The notes below the pieces were generated by a model. It searched no databases. It was not told the DNA's origin and saw nothing but the letters and a program-made list of their open reading frames with translations. Position numbers and translations under genes: made by a program. A DNA stretch of 64,000 bases from Sphyrna mokarran (lineage: Eukaryota), in assembly GCA_024679065.1 (NCBI GenBank), contig JAGIQG010000005.1, positions 47,926,001-47,990,000 of the forward strand, given 5' to 3'. This document shows, one piece after another, positions 38,869 through 52,520 of the stretch; the stretch's first letter is position 1, and every line of letters begins with the position of its first letter.

Positions 38869-39499
38869 ACGTCGTCAATCGGATATCCACCGCAATGAAG
38901 TGGGAAATGATTTGAAGCCCTCCTGGCAGTACAAAAAGAAACGGTATCCATATATTTACTCGTGTGGAAAATGCCAACGAGCCTGTTACCCCCTACCCCC
39001 GCCGCAAGTTAAAATTACCTTAAATGGTTGCATATGAAAAAGCAGTAATGGTGTATTGCAGAAACAATGTGATCAAGAAACTGATTGGTAGTTATTTTTG
39101 AAAATCGTAAAAAAAAAGTTGGCCGTTCCAAAATTAAACTCGCCTCTTGCATGAAAGATGAGTCGACAGTGAACTTTGCAGGCTATTGCATTTACTTTTA
39201 AAACGAGTATGGGTCATTATTGTTAACTAGCTTATCTTTATTTCGAGGTTACAAGGAACCTTTTCGGTAAATCAAGTTTGGTGTCAGTTTGTAAGAAATA
39301 AAAAGCTCAACTTTGTCAAAGAACAATGAATTGACAAGTCGGTTGAAGTACATGTGGAGGAAACGGTTTTACTGGTAATGACCCGCACTTGTAAAGTTAA
39401 TAGCAGAAGGAAAGATAACTCTGGAAGAACTTAATAGCAGTAATAATTCGCAGCTGTTGTTTTGTTACTTTTCTGGGACAGTCAGATTGAGTTACACAT

Positions 39500-39930
39500 T
39501 TTAAGAAGGATATGAAGGTATTGGAGAGTGTGCAAAAAAAAACACCAGAATGGTCCAAAGGATAAGGAATTCAGTTGGTAGATAGATTTGAGAAGTTGGG
39601 ACTGTTCCGCTGGGGAAGAGAAGATTGAGAGGATACTTGATAAAGGTGCTCCAAATCACGATGTGTCTGGACTGCGTAGGTAGGGAGAAATTGTTCCCAT
39701 TTTTAGAAGAATGGAGAACCAGAGGTCACAGATTTAGTCGAATTGGCAAAAGAAGCAATGGCGACATGAGGAAAAAACTTTTTCCATGCGGTGATCTGGA
39801 ATGCATCGCCTGAGACTATGTGGTGGAGACATGTTCAATGGAAGCTTTCAAGAGGGAATTGGAGCATTAGCTGAAAAGGGATAATGAGAGGGTCGCAGAC
39901 GCGAAGGGCCGAATGGCCTCCTTCTGTTTA
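39500..39930 (+). mobile_element. CR1 LINE 3' fragment
   Basis: ORF 39625..39813 (RGYLIKV...EKLFP...RTRGHRF) and tail GGGCCGAATGGCCTCCTTCTG. Confidence 0.8.
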
Positions 39931-42179
39931 GGCATCATTGTTTGATTCAAATGATTATCCCCATGTTCAGAAATTAGCATCAGATTTAGAAAGTAAGAGA
40001 CACATTAGATAAAACTATTCGTGTTTTCCAAGATCTTCATTCTAGCTCACAGGTAATAAACAAAAATATTGGGGAACGATAGCTGTTCTAATGGGGCGGA
40101 TGTATCGTAGGACCGGCTATAGTTTCATTATTTTTATATTTTAAGTGACAGCTTTAAGGGCAGTGGCCGAAGTGTTTCTTTTGAATCACCAACTCTTTTA
40201 AAAATGGCTATAAAGCGTTTATCTTCACGAGTTATATTCTTTTCCCCAAAAGTCAGAGGTGCCAAAGATTACAGAATCTCACTTTATTCAATTATTCTAA
40301 TATTTGGCATCTTCTTTGATTACTGGCAGCTTGGCTTCTGAACTTTACCCGAGAAAATGTAGGGCAGTCGCCTCAGCCAAGCTAAGCGGACACTTTAGCT
40401 CTGCCGTCCCTTTGTAAAAAGAGTCAATGGAACCGGGACGGATATGCCATCTCCTTATAGTCACCTGGTGACGTGACAGCTGCGAACAAGCAGTTTCTGT
40501 CCCCTGTGTCTTTTCTTAAGAAAAAACTCGCTGACGGAGATTAGAGCAGGCTGATCGGTCAGACGTGGAAAAAATAGAAAGCTAGGCTGTGCACGGTTCA
40601 CGGAGCTTGCATTGGGATAGCAAGGTTCAGGGAATGTCAAAACAATCACAACACATCAGCACAGGTTACCACACACATACAGCAACACAAAAGCGGGGGT
40701 ACGCGCGACCAAACGGAAGCAACACTCCAATACCGGTAACTTAGTGCAGAGAACCAGTGAAGCAAAGCCTGTGCTTCACTGAGAAGGGGAGAGAAGCACA
40801 AGCATTGGGTATAGACTGGTGCTGAAGGCCTGGGATACAAGCAAAAATGCTTGGTACCATCAGTACAATAAAATATAACATATGTGATCACAATAACCCT
40901 CAAACAAGGAACACCTGACAAGAACATGGTCAGTAAATTATTACAAAGCAGAAAACCACCATTCGTCTATCAACAAACACAACCAGCATATGATAACAGA
41001 AACAACAATGGCCAACACACCACTTACAATATTACGTGAAGAGTATCAGCAAAACCATCTCAAAGGATGTTGAGGAGAAAGGGCACGAGCAATGGAAAGC
41101 AACATCGAGTTTAAATATGTATATTTCTAATCTTTATTTTCTAAACAAAAACCTGACATACTTTGTTACACCGCCCATCCTTTGGGTAAAATTAATGTTG
41201 TCTTCAATCTTAACTCAGAAAATGCAAGGGTTAATTTGTCCAGCGAAGAGTAAAGCTATAGCCATCTGCATTTCCATTTTGATTTCGTCTACCAATCACA
41301 AACGCTGACGGGACTAACATTTGTAATTGTATTTATCTGATAAATGTCTAACCCTCTGATTGTCCATTTGCCTATCCATCTCTTCTACTGCCCAGTGTTT
41401 CCATCCTTCTTTCCACCCATTCATCAACCCGTCCATCAAACCATCTTTCCATTGCTCCATTTATCTAGCCATCAATTTATCCACCCCTTTGTAAACATTT
41501 CTCGGTAAACTGATGACTCTTCGTGATTTCAAACATTTTTTGGGAACGTTTACAGAACAAAATTTTAAATTGGATCTTCTCAGCGTGTTTTATTGTTAAA
41601 ACTACAGCGTAGTTCTTCAAGAAACGATTCTTGTTGTGTTGGATATGTAGCGAGAGATGGAGAGTAAAAGGGTAGTGGCAATACTTTAAATATTAGATTA
41701 TTTAAAAATTTAAGGAATTTACATGAATAGACCTGATGGCATCGGGCTAATCCTTAATCTTTTAAATTTGCTGCCTTTTCTTTCATACTCAGTGCATGTT
41801 ACACATGTTCATGCTCATGCATTCTGATCCACTCCCCAAAAGTATCATCGACAATCCCTGCATGAACTATCCCACATTCCGTCTCTCTAGTCCAGAAAAG
41901 TGTCTCAGATCTGGAATCAAATATATTGACGAGACAACTTCGGTATTTTAATTACAAACCACGATGTGGGATTACATTTAAATGAACTATAAGCACGCTT
42001 AAACAACATCAAAAAATAATGCTATGTGGATTCCGAAATCACTCCATTTAGTGGACAATTTTGATATCGGGCTATACATATATTTATATTTAAGCAGGTT
42101 CGTACTACATGGTTAGTGGAATACATAATGAGACTGAGCAATTTAACCATCCATTTCAATTCATTTTCACATTCCATAC

Positions 42180-42240
42180 CCTTTTTAATGACAGATTGGT
42201 CCAATAAACTCATGCCCGTGGTACCCGTGTCATCCAAAGC
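42180..42240 (-). CDS. TFAP2B: TFAP2B exon 3 (ALDDTGTTGMSLLDQSVIKK)
   Basis: Branch-like CCTAAC, T-tract and TAACAG acceptor. Donor G|GTATGG, 61 nt, phase 0 to 1. Contains the AP-2 motif LLDQSVIKK. Confidence 0.93.
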
Positions 42241-42484
42241 CTGTTAATATAAAAAAAAACACAGTTAGGGTCATATCACTATTCAAAATGACTTGATATT
42301 AAACAGTCATGTATATAAATCAAGTTCAATCGAACTCGACTATCTGTTATTTCCATTTATATTACCTGGTCGGAGGTTTATTATTCTAAGAAAAAATTAC
42401 CAGAGGAAATCAAATTCGCCAGAATTACATATTATCAGAAAATAAGCTGTCCAACATCTGGGACCCATGACATTTTTTATTATC

Positions 42485-42511
42485 GACTGCACAGACTGCA
42501 CAGACTGCACA
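42485..42511. repeat. (GACTGCACA)3 tandem repeat
   Basis: Directly visible. Confidence 0.85.
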
Positions 42512-42680
42512 GAAGAAGCACGTAAATAAAAAAAACTGTTCTTTTATTATAATGTACAACCCTGTAAGCGAATTAGATACATTTTACCCGAGTGATACAA
42601 TATATTCATGCATACATGTAAATAGAATGGCACACAGATACATCATTCTCTCTTGCAATAGATGAATGTACATACACGCC

Positions 42681-43487
42681 TATGTGGTGCATAGCTACTC
42701 TAATAGTTCATGAGATATATGCATGCCGATGCGATTCAGATAAAATTCTACGTGGCCTTTAGCATTTATTGTGATAGCATCGCAAATAAACACTGACATC
42801 CTTCCAGTATGTGGTATAAATGAATGTAAAGGAGTAAACAATGAAACTGTTATTTTTGCATTGAAAAGAGTTCCAATTAAGCATGTGATGTTTTAGAGTT
42901 TGTCAATAGGAATATAGCGTACTGCAGCAATTGGCATACAATGGGCCGCACGATGACTTTGAAAAAAGGCGTTTAACTAGAGTTTGTAATTTAGATACGA
43001 CTATGCGCTTCATTGACCCGTGGGGAACAAGCCAGAGCAGAATCTTACCACATCCTTAACTAAACCATGATCATGAAACTGCTGAAGATTTTTTTGAATG
43101 TGCTTTTGTATTCAGGTGCTTGTGATAATCTGACTGTTCAGATGATGCCGTATGATATGCACGGTCATTTCTGAAATGATTAGTTTGTTTTTGTTTTAAT
43201 GATCTCAATCTATTGTTTAGGTAAAATAGTGACACGAACTGAGTGATATGTAACTGAGTGAACTCTAGTATGTTCTCTGGGTGATCATAGATGCATCGTC
43301 TAATTGGTTTATCTATGCTGGTTAGACATATATATGGTGCATAACTACTGCAATAGTTCAAGATATATATGCATATCGATGCGATTCAGATAAAATTCTA
43401 CGTGGCCTAATATGTATTATGAAAGCATCGCAAATAAGCACTTAAATCCTTCCAATGTGAATGGCATAAATTATGTAAAGGAGCAAA
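42681..43487 (+). repeat. Pair of ~160-bp direct repeats (42681-42840 and 43331-43487)
   Basis: Identical core CGATGCGATTCAGATAAAATTCTACGTGGCCT with alignable flanks. Confidence 0.9.
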
Positions 43488-45377
43488 TGATATCCTGCGT
43501 TGAAAAAATACAAAAAGTTTGTTATTGGGCAAAGAACACTTCCATCTGGGCAGCTATAATCCATACAAACGTAAAGTGAATGCATAAGTTCAACTCAAAC
43601 AGCTGTGATAATTTTTCCAAAGCTGAAAGCATAGTGTAGAAGTAAAACTGATACTGAATATTGGCGAGCAAGATCTTCAAAAGAGAATTGGTTCCACCTT
43701 ACAGATTTAAGATTATGAAGGAAGCGCCACAATGTCTTTCCACTAGTTCTTCAGCTTTCTCGTATTGCAGTTTCTTTTTAAATGATAAGTTTGTCTTTAT
43801 TTATTCAATCCTTTAATGACGCTATGTTTTTTACTTGTGTATTTAATGTTGGCACAATGGTTATGGTTGGTGTGGGATTCCTAATATCAGGCGGCAGTAT
43901 TTTTTTACGTCGGCACATATAGCTGTTTGGTATATACAGAGGGAAAAATCAGCAAACGCAATTTACTGTTACAGAAATAATCGACGGAAATATTTTTTAC
44001 AAGAACGTGGTCATGTCCACGTGCCTTCGAGACACGTGTTTTTGTCTTTCATTGATATTAGGTATTCGGGCGATAACATACAAAGTAAAAATAAGATATC
44101 ATTGCTGTGAAAAACGTTTTGCAAAACGTTTTGAGTCATTAAAATACGCCGAAATTCGCTCTTGGAACATCAGTTCAGTATGCTTTGGTATGTGTTAGGT
44201 CCGGTGTGTAGTGTAAAATTTCATTTTGATATTACAATTAGTTCTGTTTATTTAAATGTTAACATGTAATATAGTGGAAAGTGAAATATGGTACACATAG
44301 ATCTAAATAATCTTCTTTATAATTTAAGATGCGCTTGATTTGATCTACTTGGTCAATCGGTTAGCAAAAGTATTTTGAGGGGGTGGGGAGTGGGGTGGCT
44401 GGTGCTGCAGAACTTAAACAGAATGTTAAGAAGAAGTTTATGTAGCTAATGAGAAAAGGTCTACTTTGATTTTCTATCTAATTATCACCGCCTGCTGGGT
44501 TTTTGTAGAGGATATTCACACAGCATGTTGGCAGTTAATAGTCACAGAGAGTATCATAAAGATTTAATTAGAAATGCATGCGGAAATGAGGGAAAAACAA
44601 CTCACACTTTTAATTACCAGACTCTTTGCTTTAAAGGGATGCGAACAGCAGGATTTTAACAAATTGCGAGAGGAAACGCGTGCACGCTTACAAACAGTTT
44701 ACTGAAATGTATTCCCCTTGCATTTCACCTCATTTTTATTGTTTGCTTTCCTTTACACGTGGTGTCTGCAGTGACGCGCCCTCTACACTTCAAACGACTC
44801 GCTCTGGAATTAAAGTGAACGGGAGCTTAAATTTTCGAAGCCATAGCGTCCAATTTGCTCACAGCCTGCGTGTGACTGTCTTACATCTACAATTAGTCAG
44901 GCTCTGATGTATGCACACTTATGTCCGATTTAGAAGCAAGGTCGCCAGTAACCACATGGTAGGCACGGGGAGGGGAGAGGGGGGAGGGGCGAAGAGTAAC
45001 TATTTCACCAGCGGCATATCCCGCCATGTTACCACATTTCCACAAGGATTTGGAAACTGCCCGAAAAAGCGGCTGGTATTGTGAGATGCCGTTTACAGCA
45101 CTGCCTACCCTGCTGCCAAGTTTGTTTTTAAATCTACTTTCTATAGGTCGCAGGTGACTGGAGAGAAGATGGCATTGTTATTAAAACAAAGCCATGGAAT
45201 TCTCTGATCCCAACTGAAACCCACAGCTGAACAGATGAAATCTTCTTGGCAATATTTACAGTCTAGATTACATGCAGACTGACAGAAGCACACACTGCCC
45301 AAGCGCGTTTCACTTTCCACACGTTAATGTCCTATTTACTGATAACTCATATAAAAACATCAGTGTCAGTTTTTTTT

Positions 45378-45660
45378 ATAGAACATAGAACATTACAGCG
45401 CAGTACAGGCCCTTCGGCCCTCGATGTTGCGCTGACCAATGGAACCAATCTTATCACCCTCTGATTTAAACTATTCCAATGCTATCCATATGCCTATCCA
45501 CTGACCATTTGAACGCCCTTAAACTTGGCGAGTCCACAACTGCTGCAGGCAGGGCGTTCCACGCCCTTATTACCCTCTGAGTAAAGAGCCCACCTCTAAC
45601 ATCCGTCCTATAACTATCACCGCTTAATTTAAAGCTATGTCCCCTCGTATTAGCCATCTC
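45378..45660 (-). mobile_element. HER1/CR1 3' fragment (same family as 20849-23225)
   Basis: ORF 45466..45657 (TRGHSFKL...RAWNALP) and tail (TAGAACA)2. Confidence 0.9.
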
Positions 45661-48600
45661 CCTTATGGAGCGAAAATCGCTGGTAGATGAATAGAAAGTG
45701 TGACAAGGAAGGCACTGAATGGGCTGATACCAGATGGGGACGATGGTTTACATAGCTAAACGAAAGGGCATTTAAAATGCCGACGACATTCCTCAACTTA
45801 CAACAGGAACTTATTTTTATTAAAGCCCACTTCCCCCCGCCCCCTCTCTTATTAAAAACTGGCGCTGACCCCTTACGAATTATCATGGTGATTATCTTAA
45901 GCGGATGTTATCCTTCATGTCATGTTAAAATCGAAATAATATTCTTCCTGTGCTTTTTTAAAAAAATATTTATTCAATTAATCGTTGATAAGACGTCCAA
46001 TCTATTTCAATCGAAATGCGATGCTTAGTTTAAAAAAAGATTATTATCACAAAGGACAGTTTGCTAAATTAGAACCAACTTGATCTTAAGGGCGAAATAC
46101 ATGGTTAGAGATCATCGTAAATGAACCAAGAAAACATCAATCACTTTTCTCCTCTTCCCCCCTCCTTCTGAGTAAAAATCCATTCAGCGAAATTATGATT
46201 AATCCTGACTCGCTTTAGTGATGTTTTCCTGTTCAATTAACCAGATTCTGCCAAATTTAAAGGTAGCGAGAAGTATTGGAGGTAAAATTGCTCTAATTTA
46301 CACACAACAACTTTACTCACAAATATTTGTCCTTTATTCCTTAAAATAATGGAGGTTTTTTTAATTATTATTCTTCGGGAGTTCCACTAACTCACAGAAA
46401 CCCTAGCACTCAAACTTTTTTTCGCCGCTGATTAGCCCGCGCCTTACGAGATATTTGAGGCAGAGATTTTACTTTTGCCATCTCTCCCCCTGTTCCTGGT
46501 TTCTCCTAGCACTTTACCTGCTAAACCAGGACATACTAAACTCAGCACAATGTTCAGCAATGTGACATTCTACTTAACCCTCAGTTGCTGGTATTATTTA
46601 CGAGTATGGACTGAGTACATTGTATTTTCAAAGAGAGAGAAAAGGTAATACTCGGCATAGGTGACTTGTTTAGTGATGTTTCACCTGGGTTCAGAACGTA
46701 TTAAAAACGCCCAGAAATTTTGAGGATTTAACCATTTACGGAGAACAACCATTATTAAACGTGCTTTCAGGCTGAGGGGGATTAGATTGGTTACAATAAT
46801 CTGTCATTTTATAGGATTTCCCAGGTGTATTTTCCGATTATACTTTCCTAATGCATTTACATTAACGAAACATAAACTCTTGACTTAAAACCTATTATTC
46901 AGTTTAAATATTAAGCTTTCCCATTTCCAATATGTCGGGGCGAAAAAATCCATACTGTTATCATTGAAATGCCATCGATTATGTTGGTTGAAATGGGCTA
47001 ATAATTGTTCTCTCGCTATGCTCCTAAATGTTCAATATGGCTTGGCGCATTGATAATATTCTTAAATAACATCAACTCAGTTTTATGACTTGCCGCCTAA
47101 TAATAAGGGGAATGCGAATCGAACGGAAATGGACGGATTAGAGGTTCAATTAAGAAGTTGAACATTTGTGCCAAAATAAATATTAGTGAAGAAATTTCAT
47201 TTTGCACCATATGATTACAGACGCTTTGACTTTAATTTGTCAAAAGAGCAAAAAGGGTAGCAGGGAATTCAAAGTCAATTGCGGGGACGCTAGTGTGAAT
47301 TGAATAAACATTCATTAACATTCTAGGTTTCAGATTTCTCATTTTATAGTCCGATGCATGCACAAAGACCAAGAGCACTACGCTTAAACAATGTAACGCT
47401 TCCTATGAACAGGCACTCCTGGCGGTATCAGCTGCACGACACTATTTTTGATACTAACGGGAAGTGTATTTTGATATTGTCCCGCTCCGCAATGCTAACA
47501 TACTCGCACAATTGACTTCTCTAATTACCGAGGACACTTCCCCTTTACTTGAAGAGCTCTTGCAAACGCTACACCTAAACACGCCATGTTTTCTACAGAA
47601 TCTCTTGGTCCTATTGAATTTTTTTTTCAATCTCCTATTCGACAAATATAATGCGAACCAGGACTGGGGCCGCCTATATAATCGAGATTTTCCTCTTCAG
47701 TGAAAACGTTCTCCCGTCATGAGTTTACCAATTTGAAAAGGCAATGAGACCGAATTGAACACAATAGCCTCGCAAATAATGAGCGGCTCCCATTTGTAAT
47801 TGCTCTGAATCTTAGATTTTGGAAACTGCTCCCTTATTTGAAGTTTGAATTCAAGGTAATTGTTATAGTTGGGAATTCCATTTGTCGGCTGAAGTATTAT
47901 GGTGATTGTCTGATATAACATATATGGATCAATTTTGTCTTGGACAATAAGTATTTTATACAATTGGACGTATCAAATGTGAATTACTATTCCATTCACA
48001 TTGACTGTGCGCACACGGAGCAATTTCTCCAATAATGAATGCAGTTTTACAGCAAATACAAGTATGGGCACTGGCATCACGGTAAGTTATCTTACTGATG
48101 CTGTGAAGTTCAGTAATTATACAACAAAATATCATTTTGATTTCAAAAGAAATCCCATTGAAGTGTTGATTTGAGATGTGCACACGTATCAACGTGGGAT
48201 TTCCCCCGATTAAATTTATGGCTGACGCTAATCATCCTGAAGTGAAATCACAAAACAATATTCTAGCTATGGAAAACGCACTAAGACATTGATAGAGTCT
48301 CGCGCTGCATGCATAATTTTAAATGTGCAAAAAAAAATAGTTATGACAAATTGCCTGGGCCTATCATAATGATGTAGAGAATGAATAAATGCACGGCTAA
48401 ATGGAAGTCTCTCTGTAGTTAAAGCATGCAGCTACAAGCCTACTCGTGCTTGTGTAGTCCCCTGCTGAAAATGCGAACACGCGCACAAAAAATGTCACAG
48501 TGAAGACAGCAACACAATAAGTGATCTTCATAGACCGTGCTTTGGAGCTATCAATAAATCTACATCATCCTCTCATTCGTTCAGACAGTAGCAGCTACCA

Positions 48601-50550
48601 AGTGAATAAGCTTTGGAAGGACAGATGTCAAAAACAATCCGAAATTTGTCCCCTGTGAACATTTGGAAGTGATAATATTCTTCTTGTATAAATCAGCGCG
48701 GCATTTAGCATGCTCCATCCTTCTCAGCACTTAATCTTACTAAAAACGACCCAATAACAATAGAAATAAAGGGGCCACATTATCAATTTATACTGATCTA
48801 CCGAGGACAGCATAGAGGCCAAGACAGTCACAAAATGCAAGGTTAAGCACTTTGTGAAATCATGATTTGGTGATGGCTTATTTACATATGACTTAGGTGA
48901 GAAAAATTTATCTTCCGCGAAAGCCAAGGACGTGTTTGTCCAGTATATTGCTTCTAATTGAATGGTCATTTCTGAAGATTGAGTGAAAAGATTAGGACGC
49001 CAAAGCTGCAAAGAAGCACAACTCAGCTTATGTCTGAATTGCAAGCTGATCCAAAAGCTAACATTCAAGACAATTCAGGGAATTATGTTCTGTAATAAAC
49101 TCTGCTTTTACTCAACAAATACAAAGAGACAATGATTGTCGATTTTTTAAAGAAATGTATGCATGCTTTGCAACAGCCAATCGTGACTTCAGAATTAAAT
49201 GTGTACAATATACTTGTAGTTCTAACATTGCCGAAATATTGCAAGGTGCTAGATATGCCATCGTTACGGTGAAAGCGCAATCGCTAACCACAGCGGCCAT
49301 CTTTGTTTATGAGTAAGTGCATTTTTTTCTAAACAAACCATGTTTTCTTTCTTAAAAGAAATTCAGAATTATTCAAACTTCAATTGTTTATAATATTCCT
49401 AGCTTGGGTATGTTAATAATGTATGTACCAATCTTCAAAATGCTGGGGATCCTTTCGGATACATAAAGACAATCTATTCAGCAAATCCGGCACATTAGTA
49501 GCTTTCAATACACATACAGGCTTTCACTGGATAAATGCTAAGTACAGTACTATAAAAGTAACAATTTACAGACTGCTGTCATACATATTTTGCATAGTTC
49601 CCAAATTCCACACATGTACAAAGAACAAACTAACGTCCATTCAATCAAAAGGAGGGTAAATAATCAATAACAACAATCAACTACATAATACTTTCTTGAA
49701 TATTATTCCGAAGTCACAGTACACCAGATTAATCTAATAGTTCATATTTTGTGTGCTTCGTAAACATCTCATTCTTTCCTCACACCCCTACCCATTGTAG
49801 CTGAGTAGAACTTTGCAGTCTTCTAATTTCACAAAAGTCATTTTTCGAATTGTACAACCGCTTTTATTACATTTATTTATTATGATATCGATTCCACCAA
49901 AATGAACTGAGATAACAATGCAAATGGATTAGATGCACCACATCGTTTTATTGCAGTTAAAGGCGCATCAGAAAATGGTGTTATGGAGCACCATCATTCA
50001 TATTCCAATGTGATTTCCTCTCTGGGGGCTAGTTCTGATAAGCGAAGACAATTTTGTGGCCGACAGAGTACATGCTTAACAGAAATGTATTGTGTACAGA
50101 TGGGAGTGGGAACTACATGCATGAACTGCAGTGTAGATGTAAAGGAAGCCTTGGTCATTTGCACCTTGCACTGGATTCTAGGGTCTGCTCTCCTAGTGGA
50201 ATGAGCCTTGCCCTGAAAGGTGTTCATGATATGGGCCCTTATAATAATTTCGTCACCTAACAAAGCGGCAATCAATCTTTTCTTCTAAGGACTTCGGTCG
50301 GAAAAAGTTAAGAGTTTCAATCGCTAAAACAGCGTTTTACTGTACTTTAAAATCTGTGTTAATAATTTAGCATTCTGATTCCTTACAAGCTTACAAGTCA
50401 AACAAGCCAAATGCTCGAATGTGCCGCTCTGAGATTTGACTACGAATTGCACCTTTATGTTGATATAACCGATGTCACCGTACATGAACGTTGAACCGAC
50501 ATTAAAAACTGTGAGCGGACTGGAATGCAAGTTGAAGAGCGTAGGCTCAC

Positions 50551-51000
50551 CTGAATATCTTCCATTCCATGGTGGCTGATTCCATGCAGAGACAGGCTGT
50601 CTCCCATCCCCGAATCGAGTCCATGAGCAGAGTGGACGAGCACGTCAGGCCGCCGCACACCGGGATAATCCCGGCGAGGGTCGAGCCCTGTGATCTGGGG
50701 TAGAACCCGGGGCTGGTGTAGAAGGCTAGGCTCGGCACCCACATCCTGCCGCTGCCTCTGCTGCCAAGGATGCTGCTGGGGTTGGTGCAGAGCGTTCAGG
50801 GAGTAGGGGTCGTTGACGTGTGTGTAAGGGTCCTGGCTCTGGTGGTAAGGGAGAGGTTGGTAAGGAGGAGGGAAGTAAGGTGGCTGGAAGTCCGAGGTCG
50901 GGGTGTGTGAGAGTGGTGGAGCCGTCGAGTAGTGTCCCTGGGAGACCGACCCGATCTGGGACAGCCTCGAACTGTGGCTGTTAACTCCATCGTGCCGGTC
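50551..51000 (-). CDS. TFAP2B: TFAP2B exon 2 (Pro/Gln-rich activation domain, PY motif FPPPY)
   Basis: Lies within ORF 50455..51144: [15 protein letters not shown]...HGMEDIQ. Acceptor TTCCTTGCAG, donor CAG|GTGAGC, 450 nt. Confidence 0.97.
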
Positions 51001-52073
51001 CTGCAAGGAAGAAATAACAGGACTCAGTTTAAATATTGCTCTTGTTTTAGGACATCTTATATTCCTAAAAGTAAAATGCACATAATGTGTAAAATAAAGG
51101 TAACGGGCAGCCAAGAACCGTGGTTCGAAAAGAGGCCCTTTCATTCTGGTCTCATTATTTGACTATAAATAGAAAAATATTGAAAAAGAATGCGATCAAA
51201 ACTGGAGAATGTTGCAGAGTAAGAGTGACATGAGGAAAATGCAAAGAAAACCCGCATTAAAATGTTAAAAAGTGGTGACGGGATAACAAAGTAGAGTGTA
51301 ATATTGGGAGAGAGAGAGAACCCGAAATCAGAGCCTGATTATTTTTTTGAATTTCCAAACTTAGATACCCGAGAAAATGTGTTTAAAAGGGCTGCACAAT
51401 TAACAGCGGCTCTGGGCTGGCAGGATATGAACTGGGATCGTAGTAAACATCAGTTCGGAACAAATGTTTCAAAATGAACAGCAGACAGTCCAGTCTCAGG
51501 CCAATGCTGCTAACTCAATCACGGGTTAATAGAAGGGTTGAGGGGGGGGGTTGAATTGGGGAGGGGGGGGAGTTACAAATACACCTTTACATTCGATATC
51601 ACAAATATAATGAAATACTGTGAAATAGAAGAACCCCACCCCCTCCACCAATACGCACGTAAGTTCAGACAGGAAGGAAAATAAAGACAGCAGCAGATGT
51701 TTGCACACGCCAATTGCTTTTCTTTTAAAAAAAAGTCCCCAAAAAAGGCGATGGGGATGCGAAATAAAGGCAAACGATGAATTTGGGCAATGCAGCTGCG
51801 CTCTGGAGGTCGCTTCGGTGATCACAAAAAAACAGTCCGAGTTGGCAGCGGAATGTCAAAGTAAAGTAAATAACATCTTTAACTAAAATTGAAACTCAAA
51901 TCGCCAAAAGCGATGGAGCGCGGTGGAAAGTTTTAGTCCAATGACGCGTCCATCTAAACCCGATTAGATAACAATGCAAACACGAGAGAAAGAGGCTGCA
52001 ATTATGGACTAAATTACTAAGCCACCAGCGTTTGGGGCGAAATGGGATTGTGTCGAGCACTGATCCAACTCAC

Positions 52074-52100
52074 CATGGCTGTGTAAGTGTGGACTAGCAT
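52074..52100 (-). CDS. TFAP2B: TFAP2B alternative first coding exon (MLVHTYTAM)
   Basis: ATG CTA GTC CAC ACT TAC ACA GCC ATG|GTGAGT, phase 0, compatible with exon 2. Resembles the MLVHSFSAM-type alternative first exon known in AP-2 genes. Confidence 0.88.
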
Positions 52101-52520
52101 CTGTAGTAAATCTGATCATAGACCATCAACCAGAAGGGGAGAGAGACTGCAGAGAGAGAGAGACGCTCGCTAGCCTGAAGTATCTCCAACACTATATCCA
52201 TCAAAATTGGCCAAAAAGAGGACACATGCTGTATATGCATATATTTTTTTAAAAAATCTCCAGCTTCACATCCAGTGCTCACCTCTGCAAGGCAAGGTGC
52301 TGACTGTTCACATCCCTCTCTGCCACTCTACACCGCCTCATAATAATTGATATTCATGACTATTAATATTACACGAATACTTAAAGGAAGAATGGTGGCA
52401 AATCGAGCGTGAAGCAGCCAGCGAGCGCTCCCCTACTATTGTAAATGACGTGCATTCAGACGAGAATTACTAGATGTAATCAGACAAGGAGGGAGGGAGT
52501 TGGGAGGGGGGAGGGGAGGG
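52101..52520 (-). promoter_or_regulatory. TFAP2B: Probable 5'UTR and promoter of the alternative first exon
   Basis: Upstream of the MLVHTYTAM exon. Contains a CRE-like TGACGT (~52446), homeodomain-like TAAT clusters and a G-run at ~52490-52520. Confidence 0.4.

Noticed and set aside
51001-51144. N-terminal extensions of the ORF-track calls around exons 2, 4 and 7
   Set aside because: These are intronic sequence upstream of clear splice acceptors, with no AP-2 similarity.
52276-52300. Donor-like GAG|GTGAGC as a third coding first exon
   Set aside because: The phase-0 frame hits an upstream TAG with no ATG. At most a non-coding donor, and unsupported.
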